From Calcarisporiella thermophila CBS 279.70 (lineage: Eukaryota > Fungi > Calcarisporiellomycota): a DNA stretch of 50,744 bases. The translations under genes were made by a program, and so were the position numbers. The DNA lies in the NCBI RefSeq assembly GCF_041956535.1, contig NW_027192200.1, forward strand, positions 766,737 through 817,480, read 5' to 3'. Shown here one piece after another: positions 21,755-33,286 of this stretch (positions are counted from its first letter, which is position 1; each line of letters opens with the position of its first letter). Under the pieces are notes generated by a model that saw nothing but the letters and a program-made list of their open reading frames with translations, ran no database searches and was not told the DNA's origin.

Positions 21755-23584
21755 TCAATAAGCATCATTTAGAATATCGTCGGCAGCTTTCAAAGACATC
21801 ATATGAATAAATAACGAAGGAAAGAAGGCGGGAACTTCAGGGAAGACCGAGGCCGATACGACTCGAAGGTTTTTAACCCCCCTCACTTGAAATTTTCCAT
21901 TTAGTACTGCCATCGGGTCATTATCTTTTCCAATCTTGGTAGTGCAGCAGGCATGGACTCCAACCAAACCATCCCTACGTAGGAAATCCTCGAACTCCTC
22001 ATCACTCTTAATATTTGGTCCCGGCAATTGTTCTGTATAGTTAAATCTCAATCTCTCAGCAGATTCTTTACGCAATCTTCGGATGTGATTCGTAGCAATG
22101 CGTATATCCTTCTCGCCGTTGACATTAAAGCGATTAAAATTGATATAAGGCATGTCGTATGGATCAGAAGACCTTAGCCGAACGACTCCAACGCTTGAAG
22201 AAAACCCAAGGAATGTCTGGCGAGTTATACTGTCGTAGACTATCTCATTTTCATTGGCGACATCTGATGTGGTGAAAGTAGTTCTGAAGTTGGGAAAGGT
22301 GAATGTTGCTAGGTTAGGTTCATTCAATTCGGGTCTAGATTTGACGAGCTCAATGGAGATAAGACCATTCGAAGTGTAGGGACCGGTGCGTCTTTCAATA
22401 TATTTGCGATAGCAGGTATCCTTCATATTGTCTTGGAGATCGCAACCTTGATATGTCGTAAGCGGCCTCGGAAGCTTAATTGTGTAGGGAATGGAGTAGT
22501 GATCCTGTAGATTCTGCCCAACTCCAGGTAAATGCACAAGAGGTGTAATGTTATTTGCACGCAATTGATCTCGGTCTCCGATGCCACTTAACATAAGCAA
22601 CTGCGGAGCATTGAAAGCTCCTCCAGCTACAATGATCTCGCGAAGCGCCATTGCTCTTCCTCTGCTAGCCCGAGCTCGGTTTTGTTCGGTAGACTTTGGG
22701 CTGGCTTTGTATAGGTATTTTCCTCTCCGAAATTCTATCCCCTTGGCCACACGATTCTTGTCTAAAATAATGCGGGTGACAAGTGTGTCCGTCCAAACAT
22801 CGAAATATGGGAGAGTTCTAACGGCATCCATAATATACCTAGCATGGTTGAAGCGCTGAGCAGTCCCACGATCAACGTCCATAGGTGCAAAAAATCGTGC
22901 TTCCTGGTCGGTCCCGAGTTTGGAATTAACGTAGCCATTACTATCATACAAAAGATCTCCACCAAACGCATTGAACATGCCTCGATTCTGAACATCCATT
23001 AACTGCGTTCGATTTACGTTAGGCCATCCAAATATGCGAAGTGGGTCAGAATAGCTGATTGGAAACCATCCAGCATATCCATGATCGCGCGGCGAAGCAG
23101 TCCCATGCGGATATTGATTTCTCTCCATTTTTTTAAAATATTTTTCTCGCATTCGTTTCTCGTCAAAGTTTTGATCATTCGTAAGTCGAACTAGTAAATC
23201 AAAATCGCGCTTGTTTGGGTAGACGGTAATCATTGTGTTATGAAGAGCACAGCCTCCTAGCACGCCTGCTCGCAAATAGTCAGGTTCTTGTTGATATTTG
23301 GTCTCGTTCTCTGAATATAATTTCGGTTTGAACGTAAAAGCCATTTCTGGATCATTCAAAGTTCTAAACCAAAGGCCTGGAGTCCTGGAGTAGTTACTGA
23401 AGTAGTTGGGGCCGGCCTCCACCAAGAGAGTAGAATGTCCTGCCTTTGCAAGTTCAACTGCCAAAACACCTCCTCCTATTCCTCCGCCTACTACGATATA
23501 ATCATACTCCAAATCACTCGGGCCTGCTGCAATACGAGCTGTCAACAAAAAACCAAGTGTGCTTACTAGAAAACCGTAGCGCAT
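21755..23584 (-). CDS. Secreted GMC (glucose-methanol-choline) family FAD oxidoreductase; intronless
   Basis: 609 aa: signal peptide, YDYIVVGGGIGGG, LLVEAG, RAGVLGGCALHNTM, EIIVAGGAFNAPQLLMLSGIG, LPGVGQNLQDH, HACCTTKIG, VRGVKNLRVVSASVFP. Confidence 0.95.
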   Translation of the reverse strand: MRYGFLVSTLGFLLTARIAAGPSDLEYDYIVVGGGIGGGVLAVELAKAGHSTLLVEAGPNYFSNYSRTPGLWFRTLNDPEMAFTFKPKLYSENETKYQQEPDYLRAGVLGGCALHNTMITVYPNKRDFDLLVRLTNDQNFDEKRMREKYFKKMERNQYPHGTASPRDHGYAGWFPISYSDPLRIFGWPNVNRTQLMDVQNRGMFNAFGGDLLYDSNGYVNSKLGTDQEARFFAPMDVDRGTAQRFNHARYIMDAVRTLPYFDVWTDTLVTRIILDKNRVAKGIEFRRGKYLYKASPKSTEQNRARASRGRAMALREIIVAGGAFNAPQLLMLSGIGDRDQLRANNITPLVHLPGVGQNLQDHYSIPYTIKLPRPLTTYQGCDLQDNMKDTCYRKYIERRTGPYTSNGLISIELVKSRPELNEPNLATFTFPNFRTTFTTSDVANENEIVYDSITRQTFLGFSSSVGVVRLRSSDPYDMPYINFNRFNVNGEKDIRIATNHIRRLRKESAERLRFNYTEQLPGPNIKSDEEFEDFLRRDGLVGVHACCTTKIGKDNDPMAVLNGKFQVRGVKNLRVVSASVFPEVPAFFPSLFIHMMSLKAADDILNDAY

Positions 23585-23792
23585 TGATAATAATTTGGAT
23601 ATACCTAGTTATCGATTTTGCAATATAAGCTAACTTGCGTAAATCGAAGCTTAAAAGATATGAACAAGGCCGTTTAGGTGTAAGCCCATGAAATTGTATT
23701 CAAACTGAAACAAAGCACATTTGGCAAATGTCATTATACCAAGATCATAGCACTTATTATGGATTATTTGACAAGAATTCAAATTGCATCCA

Positions 23793-23822
23793 AATGCGAT
23801 ATTTAGTGCTAAATATCGCATT
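23793..23822. repeat. Perfect inverted repeat (14-bp arms, 2-nt loop) upstream of the GMC gene
   Basis: aatgcgatatttag-tg-ctaaatatcgcatt. Confidence 0.9.
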
Positions 23823-24765
23823 CAGTGCTAAATTCACATCAGCTGGGCTTCACCATGTCATCGCACCAATTCCTATCTTGGACTTTAATGGTAATATATT
23901 TTCTAATTTTTATAGAAAATAACATCGGAATGTCTTTCGAAACCCTAGTAATCCGTAGCTTCTCCGAAGGAAAATATGGTTTAGAGAATCCCTTGCAGAA
24001 AGTTATTACTGATTTGGAAGTTTCATTATAATCAAATAAAACTAGCCATATAATAGGTAGAACGTGGAAGCGTGTATTAACATTCCTATGATTACTCATA
24101 TATAGAAAATATTGGCGTTCAAAAAAATAAATGATATGATGTTCAAGCAGTTTATATAGAAAAAGGAGACAAAGCTACACTAAATGTTACAATTCTGCTA
24201 GTACCTGGGGAACGAACACAGGCTTTTGTCGCTCGTACTTTGCTTCTCCCCTCCTCCTCCCATGAAAAAAATTGAAAATCAACTAATATTTTTGATCTCA
24301 CTATTTCGCGTTCCTCTGATAAATGTTTACTATTTAATATCTACATTCTAAGTAATATGTAGCAGTTTTGTTTAATTTTATTTAGAAAACATGCTTGTTT
24401 ATATTTTAAAATATTTGTTTCCATTTTTTGTGATGATGAAAAAGTCATTTCCTAAACATATTTATAGGATTCCATCAACCAATTTTACCAGTTTACAAAG
24501 TACTCTATCCAAAGAGTCCTATTATAATATGACTAACTCATTTGTAACTCGTTGAATGTGTGGCTCAGCCACCCACTCCCAATCACTCTTCAAAATCCTT
24601 ATTATTAGTGCCTAATACCCTTGAAACTGACTAATATTTGCTGGATTATTCATCTTATAATCTCGAGCGGCTTCTCAATCTGCTATATAAACTCGCATCA
24701 CCTCTTCATTCGTAAAATGATTATGCCTTAGTTGCCTTATAATATCCAAAAAATTGCGCAAAAAT

Positions 24766-26607
24766 ATGAAATCAAAAATTGAACAATTGAAAGCTACGAA
24801 TGATGATATTCAAGCTCGTCTGGAGGTAAAAGATGCCTAATCCACTTTTCACTGTGACTGTTGGAGCATTTCATCACAAATGTACTTTTCAATAATGGTA
24901 GAAAATATTTTGCCCTCCCTTAGACTCTTCCCTTATTGCTGCTATCTGGAACGACACGCATGACTTTGAAGCAAGTGTCTCCACTCTCAACCAGCTTGTG
25001 GCCGAGGCAAATGCCGGTTTAGACGCGGAACAGTCCTTACATTTTTCAGAGTGCTCCTCCCCATATATTACCGCTTCTACGGCATCAACTTCTGATTGCG
25101 CCGATCCGCCAGGGACTCTTTCCCTTACGGAGAGTGTAGAATTCCTAAAAAGCTGCTTCGTAACCAACGAGAATTTGGAAAAAGTACTACGAGAGCAAGA
25201 TGGAGATGTCGCGATGGCTGTGGATGTTCTATTGAATGAGGTTTTTTTGGACTCTGAATTCGTGGAGTCAAACCCTATTACCACGTCGTCAAGCGGGTCT
25301 TCCGTCGAATCGATCGAAGATAAATATCGCGATTTGGTATTGGAGTATGGGATAGAAAAGGGTAAGAAGCGAAGAAATCGACGAGTAAAAAAGCAAATTA
25401 TGGCGATGAACTACACAGCGAGTGATTTCGTGGACGAGATCAGTTACGACCCTGGAGAGGACAACCGGTGGGTTCGAGGGCAAGAAGACGTCTTACAACT
25501 TGCAAATCGTTTTTCTCACGTCCCACACCGCACCATTGCCTCTACCTACCACGCGAATCAGGGTGATTTCACTAAAACCTTCGAGGCACTTTGGGTGAAG
25601 TACGGCCAGCCTCGTGGGACAAATGCAAATACTGGGGTGGATGACAAGGAGCTAAGTACTTTGATGGAAATGTTCCCAGAGTGGCCAGTAGAGAAGTTGA
25701 AGATGATATTGGATTCCTGTGATGGCAATTTGGATAAGGCTGTAGATCGGGTCATTAAAGCTTTGTCTGGGCCAAGTGCATCTCAATCGTATACTGCACA
25801 TTTGAATGGATTGGAGCCTAGCCTGAAATTAACAAATATTGGATACTCTCCTCATATGGAGCAATTATCTGATCAGCGTGGCTTGGATAAGACAGACGAG
25901 ACACGCGTCTCTAATTTCTATCTCTTTCCAGCAACGCTTGACGAAGAGGTCACAGATGACCCTATTCAGTGTCGCTTGAAAGCCTTTGAATTCATTGAGA
26001 AAAGGAACGATGCCTTTAGGAAGGCTGCAAGAGCGTATCAAAAAGCTAAAGGGAAAGGCGCGGGGCAAGGAGGAGTCGCGCTGTACTATTCTGGAGAGGT
26101 AACTTCTCCTCTTTCCTATGAAATACCAAATTCTATAGAAAATCTCGCGGTGCTAATGCGTTTTGATCTGATCGCAATTAGGGCCGAGAGTATGATGCTC
26201 AAGTAAAGGAGTGGAATAGACGTGCTGCGCGAGCCATCATTAAAAAACATCGGTAAATCCGAAAAATACTCATACCGAAGTATATGGGTTTTATGTTAAC
26301 TTTTCATTACCGCGTGTTTAGGCAAGAGGCTCAAGATAACAACCTTCTTGACCTCCATGGGCTCACTGTGAGCGAAGCTGTCGCGGTGGTGCGAGATGGT
26401 GTGAATCAGTGGTATACAAACAGCATCACTCGTCTAGCTCGCGAACCGATGCGCGATTTGAGAATAGTAAGTGGGGTAGGAAATCACTCTCCCGATAGGG
26501 TTGCGAGGATATACCCCGCCGTGGTGCGCATGCTCTTGCGAGAAAAATGGCGGATCGACATTTCGAATCAAGGTGTAATACTTGTGAAGGGAGCGGCAAG
26601 GCCTTGA
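24766..26607 (+). CDS. Cue2/N4BP2-like protein: CUE ubiquitin-binding domains, DUF1771 and C-terminal Smr endonuclease domain; multi-exon
   Basis: Exon 1 MKSKIEQLKATNDDIQARLE spliced to KIFCPPLDSSLIAAI; CUE motifs FLKSCF...VAMAVDVLL and LMEMFP...GNLDKAVD; RNDAFRKAARAYQK..GGVALYY; Smr motif LDLHGLTVSEAV...LRIVSGVGNHS. Confidence 0.88.
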
Positions 26608-27288
26608 AACTTCCTTTGAGGGGATATGAATCAACAATTAGAGCATTTTTCAATCTATTATTTATGGTTATTATTTATTATTGTACCCTTTTATCCCACT
26701 TACACTACTGCTATTGTAATTTTTTAATCTCTATTGCTTTTTTTTCTTCCTTTTTTCCCCTTTAAATTAATCAACCTTTAACCTGACATATATCCTTTTG
26801 GTGGTGAGTACTGTAGATATTTGCAAGTGTTAAGTTTCATTCGGATTAATTTAATAAGATTCTTTTTCGACTTTGCTTCTCCTATTAATTTATGGTAATA
26901 TGGGCTATCTCCGTCGAAAATGATAGGCAAAGAATGCATTTATGAGGAAGAGAGGAGAAAGAAGACCAATCCAAAAGAATTGTGTGATGTAGGCTAATAA
27001 AATAACAGGCATCAAGGTACAATTAGCCATAGGGGAGGGGGGACATCTTTGTATATATAGATGGGAGTTTGATATGAGATAGATGTGAATATAATTAAAG
27101 GCATTAATTGTGAAAATGTGTAGGCAGAGAAAAAAAAAAGACAATAATAGCTTGATGATTCTTTCTAGAACAATAGAACCCAAGAACGATATCTTTTGTT
27201 TAATTATGGCAGCAGAATTACACTGGCTAGCTTATAGAGTTTTGGCGATAGTTTTGATCCCGCATTATATGTGGCCAACTGTATCGTA

Positions 27289-30200
27289 TTATGCGCAACG
27301 TGGGAGGATCCGGAAGGGTCTTACTGGCCTCGTCGACTCCAAGTCAAGCGCATACCATAGGGAAGTTTTGCTCTGTTCCCACCGATCAGTAAGCTGGTAA
27401 GTCTTTGCAAGATGGACCCACGCCTCTGAATTATTCCACCCAGCTCCTTGCGTCACACTTTCTAAGAGCCCCTCAGCTAAATCCAACTCGCCCCCGATAT
27501 CTTCCTTGCCCGCCAAATACCCCTTAGCCACGGCCACTTTCGCTTCCACGTGGTGAGGGTCAACTGCGAGGGCCCTATGGAACATGGAACGCGCAAGCTC
27601 CGTTTTGCTCTCCTGGAGAAGAAGGGCCCCAGTCTGGTACCACAAATCGGCACTGTCCGAGCCTATGGCTTCCGCTTCCTCAAGTGCTTTTCGGGCCTCT
27701 TCTAGCTTGCCGGCACGGCGAAAAGCAGACGCAGAAAGTAGCCACAATGAAAGAAGTACCTTTTGGGCCCTCTCGCGACGAAGGCGGGCTCGTTTGGTAT
27801 CACGACGAACTCCGGTTGAATTAGTGAACGTAGGAGAATCAACTCCTCCGTTCAAGGTCTTCAGCGATCGAGTAGCGTAGACGCTAGGGGTGACGGAGAG
27901 CCTGGAGCGACTCGATGGTTGCGAGGAGATCAAAGATGGTGCATATTCCTCGTTCTTTAGAGCCTCCAAGTTGTCGGTCGAAATGCTCATATCGATATCA
28001 TGCCCGGTGGACGCCATGGCGCCAGACGATTTCTTGTTTTTCTTTTCTTTTCCGCCGAGGATATTTCCGAGGAAACTCTTCGACCGCCTCGAGCGTGACG
28101 TCTGTATGGTTTGTGCGTCACCATCTCTTCCTTCTGTCAAGTGCCCATTTTGGTCCCTACCGTATTTCCTCTCCTGTTCATGACCATTCACACTGGCACC
28201 GCTGGCACTTCCGACGAAGCTTCTCGATCGGTTCATTCGTGTAGCTGGCCGCACACTCAGATTCGAGGCTGAGCCACCAATGGGCAAGTGGCCGTTGGTG
28301 GCGACAGCACCCGGTTCCGATCCTTGCTCGGGAACCCAATCCATTGGATCGTGAGGATATACACGGCTGAATAACTTGAACAAGTTTTCATGGGTTCGAA
28401 TCGCCAGGGAGGGTCCGTTCATTTTGTCCTGTAAGTAGGCCTCGGTCATTTTCAGCGCTAATATTTCCTCACTGCGCTCGACAGCATCTAATGTCGGGGT
28501 CGCGACAAATTCGCTCGCTATCATTGGCGTAGGATTTGTTGTGGGAGGAAGTACATATTCGCCACTCACGAGAGGATTGGCAAACACCTCCGCCGGCCAC
28601 TCTACCTCTGCGAGACCGAGCTCTGTCCATCGCGCCGCACCTTCAAGGTCATTTTGACATGGACACGAAAAAAGCAGAGCAAGAAGGTGCCACGAAGGTG
28701 TATGAAGAGGGTTGAAAGAGAGTGACTGGCGCACTGTCAAAATGGCCTTTGGAATGTCCCGCATCTCTGCATACTGAAGAGCGAGCTGGTAGTGTGTCGC
28801 ATAAGATTTCGGTGCAAGGGTGAGAGAATGATTCAGAGCGCTTAGAGCCTCCTCCTGGTGTTTTCGGCGTGTATCCGGATCGAAAGCTAATAATATTGCG
28901 TTACTTTTGTATCAACCAAAAAAAAAATCAACCCACATACCTTCACAAGAAAGCATACTATTGCCCACTCCCAGGTACCTGAATGCCTCTGCTTCTCGCT
29001 CAGTGCCACACTCTGACTTTCGACACAAGGTGCATGCCTTTTGTGCCAGTTCCACGCATCTCTGGGGCTGCCATGTAACATCAAAAGTACATCAATAAGG
29101 ATCGAATTAAACGCTGAAATAAAATAAAAAGTACTTTTTCGAGATCTTTTGCCATCAATTGGCATCCAATTAACATGACATCGACGATATCGCCATCTTC
29201 TTCTTTCTCAAGTTTAATATCCTCTCTTGCATTGGCAGAAGGCTGATCCTCTTCTTTCATCATCCCAACTTGCTCAAGATAAACGTTGAGGGCATGTTCG
29301 GCCTCGTCATAATCACCGAGCTGTGAAAGGCATTTCACAAGGTGTCTCAAAATTCTTGGAGAGTTAAATGCCATTTCCATAGAGCGATATAATAGCTAGA
29401 GTGAGAGCAGGATGAATACATAAGTTCCACGATTGTATGTAACAGTTGTTTTATATGATTGACCAATATGCATACATCGACAACGTTTCTCAGCTCTCCA
29501 AGCGTGCCCCCAAGCATGTCCCAGCACGAAACTACTTGATCCACCAATTCCAAGACCTGGACGTTAAGCTCACCAGATTTAGGACAGGGGGTTATTAAAC
29601 GGACACACTGTTCGTAAGATGAGTGAATTTGAGCTAGCTCTTGACGGATTGATTGAATGCTAAATTGAGAGATGAAAATCATTAGTACTCCGTAGTGCAT
29701 TTCTAAATAGTATATAGTCACCCTTGCAAAATGCCGCTGGGGTTCACCGGAGGGGTATATTTATTCATGCGATAGATTTCAGAGAGCACTCGGGAAAAGT
29801 TTTGGAGCACCACTATTCTCTTTTGCACACGAAAATTCAAAGGCCATGTGTAGCTTTGTTCGTAGTATACCCTAAAGGATTCAACCGCATTCTCTGGGAG
29901 TCTATGTAACATAAAGTTGGTATGTTCAATCAATCTTTGGACGTAAATGAAAGGTTGCCTGTGAACAAAGTGCATACCCCAAACGCATCTTTAGAAGTGG
30001 GGCTCTGTACAATGCCTCTTCGGCCCAAGCATTTAATTGATCACAACGCTCTGAAGTTTGCTGAAGCAAAGAGGCGACGCGGTCGTAGGCCTCAATAGCA
30101 GCCTCAATGCTACCCAGCATTTCTAGACAAACTCCTATTAGAAGCACAAGCAAGAATATGGGTTAGAAACTTCTTATTGTGATATTGATGTATAAAAGGT

Positions 30201-30819
30201 TATCCTTCACCTTTCATAGTGAATACTTGAATCATTTGCACAAGGAGATATCCACTATGAGCTGTATTATCTGAAAGGGTGACATCCGATAATAGTTGTA
30301 ATGCCTTTTCCCAATCTCCGGATGAATAATGTGCTCGAGTTATGATAATTTTTGCCTCCTAATTAGACGAAATCCGAATATTAAACCTTGGATCCATGGG
30401 TGAGATTGAGTTGAACTTACATTTTTCAAATCATCCTTGCAACGCTCCTCAATTTGCAGCAAATTCATAACTACATCAGCAATACTCTCACTTGGCACAC
30501 GAGGTGATAGGGAGAGGTGTTGTGGGTTGTCACACATGAAACTTGTATAGTTGAATTTCTGTTCTAGCACCAGATGATTTACTTGTTTAACGATTTCGCA
30601 TTCGGCAGTAATTAGATCGGCGAATGCTATACATCAGAAACAAAATAAGAGGTGTGCTTGAGTTTTTATAACAAAAGCAATCTCAGATTCTGTTGTCATA
30701 CCTGTGTCTTCAGGCGAGTACTTGCGATACCGGCGAGCCAGCTCGGGAATGTTGTTCCATTTAGCATTACATCGCGAAGCTTCGATATCTTTCGTAATCT
30801 GTACGAGTTTGGCTGCCAT
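27289..30819 (-). CDS. YPP1: Ypp1/TTC7-like TPR scaffold of the PI4-kinase (Stt4/PI4KA) complex; multi-exon
   Basis: N-terminus DIEASRCNAKWNNIPELARRYRKY; WAEEALYR; SPRILRHLVKCLSQLGDYDEAEHALNVY; SWHLLALLFS; LWLLSASAFRR; C-terminal SLWYALDLESTRPVRPF. Confidence 0.8.
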
Positions 30820-31557
30820 TATGGCTCAAGATTTGATGTGGAAAGGAAGACGAGTTGACGCGTACAAAAAATTATTGCTACGAAGAGAAGTGAGGTATCT
30901 CTATTAATCTATATATCCTCAGCTTGTCAGAAGGGGAAAGAGAGTAAAATTCGCAAGATGACGAGCAGCAGCTGCGAATCAAGAGGATATATGTAGCTCC
31001 AACCGGCCGAGATTGCTATGGAGAAATTAAATGGCAAGAGGAGGACAGCTGGGTGTAAGTGTGCCAGAAGAGCGTGAAATTATGATTTGATAAAAAAAAT
31101 GAAGCGCGGACCTTGAATCGCGCAGATTTGGAAAGACGTTCCCCAAAAGTTTACTGAGCTATCTGGGAAATGGGGATATGCTGGAGAGGATGACCGCAAA
31201 GTGGCCGAGTCTCTCAGATGCATAACAAAAGGACTCATTCTCTAATGCCCCGGCCTCTGAAGCCGCCTTGCTGCCAGCCCGTTGCAATAAATCTTCTCTA
31301 AATATTGGGGAAATTGGGCTATGGTCATAAATAATGGTTTATTTTCAGTATGAATAAAGAATTGTTACCAAAATGAATGCCTATATAACAAATAACAAAA
31401 GCGGAGTGGAACAAATATCATTGGTATAAATCATAGCAACACAAAAAATTCTTCAATAACAAGTAACGACAAACTATTATCTTTTTACAAAATTAAAAAG
31501 ATATACACTCATGGCACGCATTGTTGCAGTAGAGAGGATAATACACTGACTTGGGCA

Positions 31558-32713
31558 TTAATTCCCTTTCCCAATGCCCAGTTTTAACTTGTTTAACACG
31601 CCTGCTATGTTGTTCAATGGAAGCTGGCCGTCCTTTAAAGGACAATCAAAGTCTGCGCTGTTGCTGATCACTGGAGCTATATTAAGAGCAGGGGTTAGGT
31701 GGCTATACAATTTGAATCGTAAAAACATTATTTCTTACAGATATCAAAAAAGAGGATTCTCAGCGTTAATGTCAAATCATAGTTGACTTTGAGCTTCTGT
31801 TTTGGTGAACCTGTAAATCCACACTTGTTGGCAATATCGGCAATAACTGCTTGTCCATCCTAAGCAAAGCATAATATTAGAATCCAAGGACACAAAGGAG
31901 GTCTCAAGCAAACACTACCTTCATTGTGGGATCATATTTAAGCGATAGAGGGAATGTAAGGTTATTCTGCGAGTGAGCTCCAATATTCACGTTGGTCAAG
32001 TTGCCGCCACCAAATGGAACCCCTCTGCTGTTGGGATCGTTGGGGTTAGGGTAGTAGGCCTAAGCGAACGCATTAATTCAGACACAGAAACAAAACACAA
32101 AGCTGCAGATACTCACATCAGCTTTTATGGTTGAGAAAGTTGCCCCAAGGATGTTTGGGTTGGACACATTCACAAGAAGTCCAATGTTAATGGCAAAAGA
32201 GTTGCCAGTGCCCTGTTCATAGGTTGCCAACCCTTGGGGATGCGGCCCAACCCCTTTGAAATTTATTTCTGGCTTTTTGAATGTAGCAGCGATAACTCCC
32301 GCAGCAATACCAAGGCCAACAATGATTATAAGGAACCCACAGCATACAAACCGGAGCCACACAGGGCAGTACCAACAGCAAGGACCCATGAAACCTCTGC
32401 GTTTAGGCTTCTCGTCAAAATCATCGTCAAAACGAGAATATCCCTCTTTAGTGCTGGCAAATGTCCCTAAATTTCCCGGAGTAACGGAGTTGGATTCTGG
32501 ATTGGATGCGAGATTGGCCGTGGAATTAAGTGCCAGATTATCTCTAGACCCACGCAGGTGAAACTCGCTTTCGCTTGGAGATACAGAATATCTGTTGGTT
32601 TGATAAGGAACATATGGAGACTCTGGGTTTCTGGAAAGATTATGCGTGGTTAGCTTGTCGCTGATATTCCGGGCCATTCTGATATTGGTCGTCATAGTGT
32701 TTGCGATAGGCAT
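31558..32713 (-). CDS. Single-pass membrane protein with LEA_2-like (Tag1/NDR1-HIN1-like) extracytoplasmic domain; multi-exon; start uncertain
   Basis: Cys-rich juxtamembrane PCCWYCP, TM helix FVCCGFLIIIVGLGIAAGVIAATF, KPEINF, VNVSNPNILGATFSTIKA, FGGGNLTNVNI, KCGF, terminal ADFDCP...GKGN*. Confidence 0.75.
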
Positions 32714-33286
32714 TTTCTTGATAATTATATGACATGATGAGTAATGCAAGAGTGCTTGCGAAAAGACAAAAAGTGGATTATATGGTAAAAATCGTTTGGA
32801 AACTCATTGACTGGTGCCATTTAAACAGGTACCAAAAATAATTTGCGGATTGCATTGGTCGGGGCACCTTGTGCACAGCCATCGATCGGTCTTCACGGGG
32901 CTGATGTTATAAGAAGTTTAAGAATCGTATGTATGACGTCGACATTCTCTCCTTGGTAATAGAGACTATCGCGTCGCTTTTGACATTGCATTGAGTGTTC
33001 TTAAGAGTAAATACCTTCGCCGTCTTAGCGTGTAAATTAAAAAAAGGTATGTCTACTTTCTTCTTAGTCTAGATAGTTTGCTGTCTTATGAAATGATTTT
33101 ATATTTACTTTCTGTTTTTACATCATTATAAGATTATATAAGAGTGGGAAATTGGAATCTCTCATTTTAATCGCTCTCTTTCTTTTATTCAAACATCAAA
33201 TCATCTTAATATTATAGGTATAAATTTTCACGAGAAAAATAGTACCCAATTAAGAAATAAGCAGTGGCTAGAGTCCGGTGGCAAAG

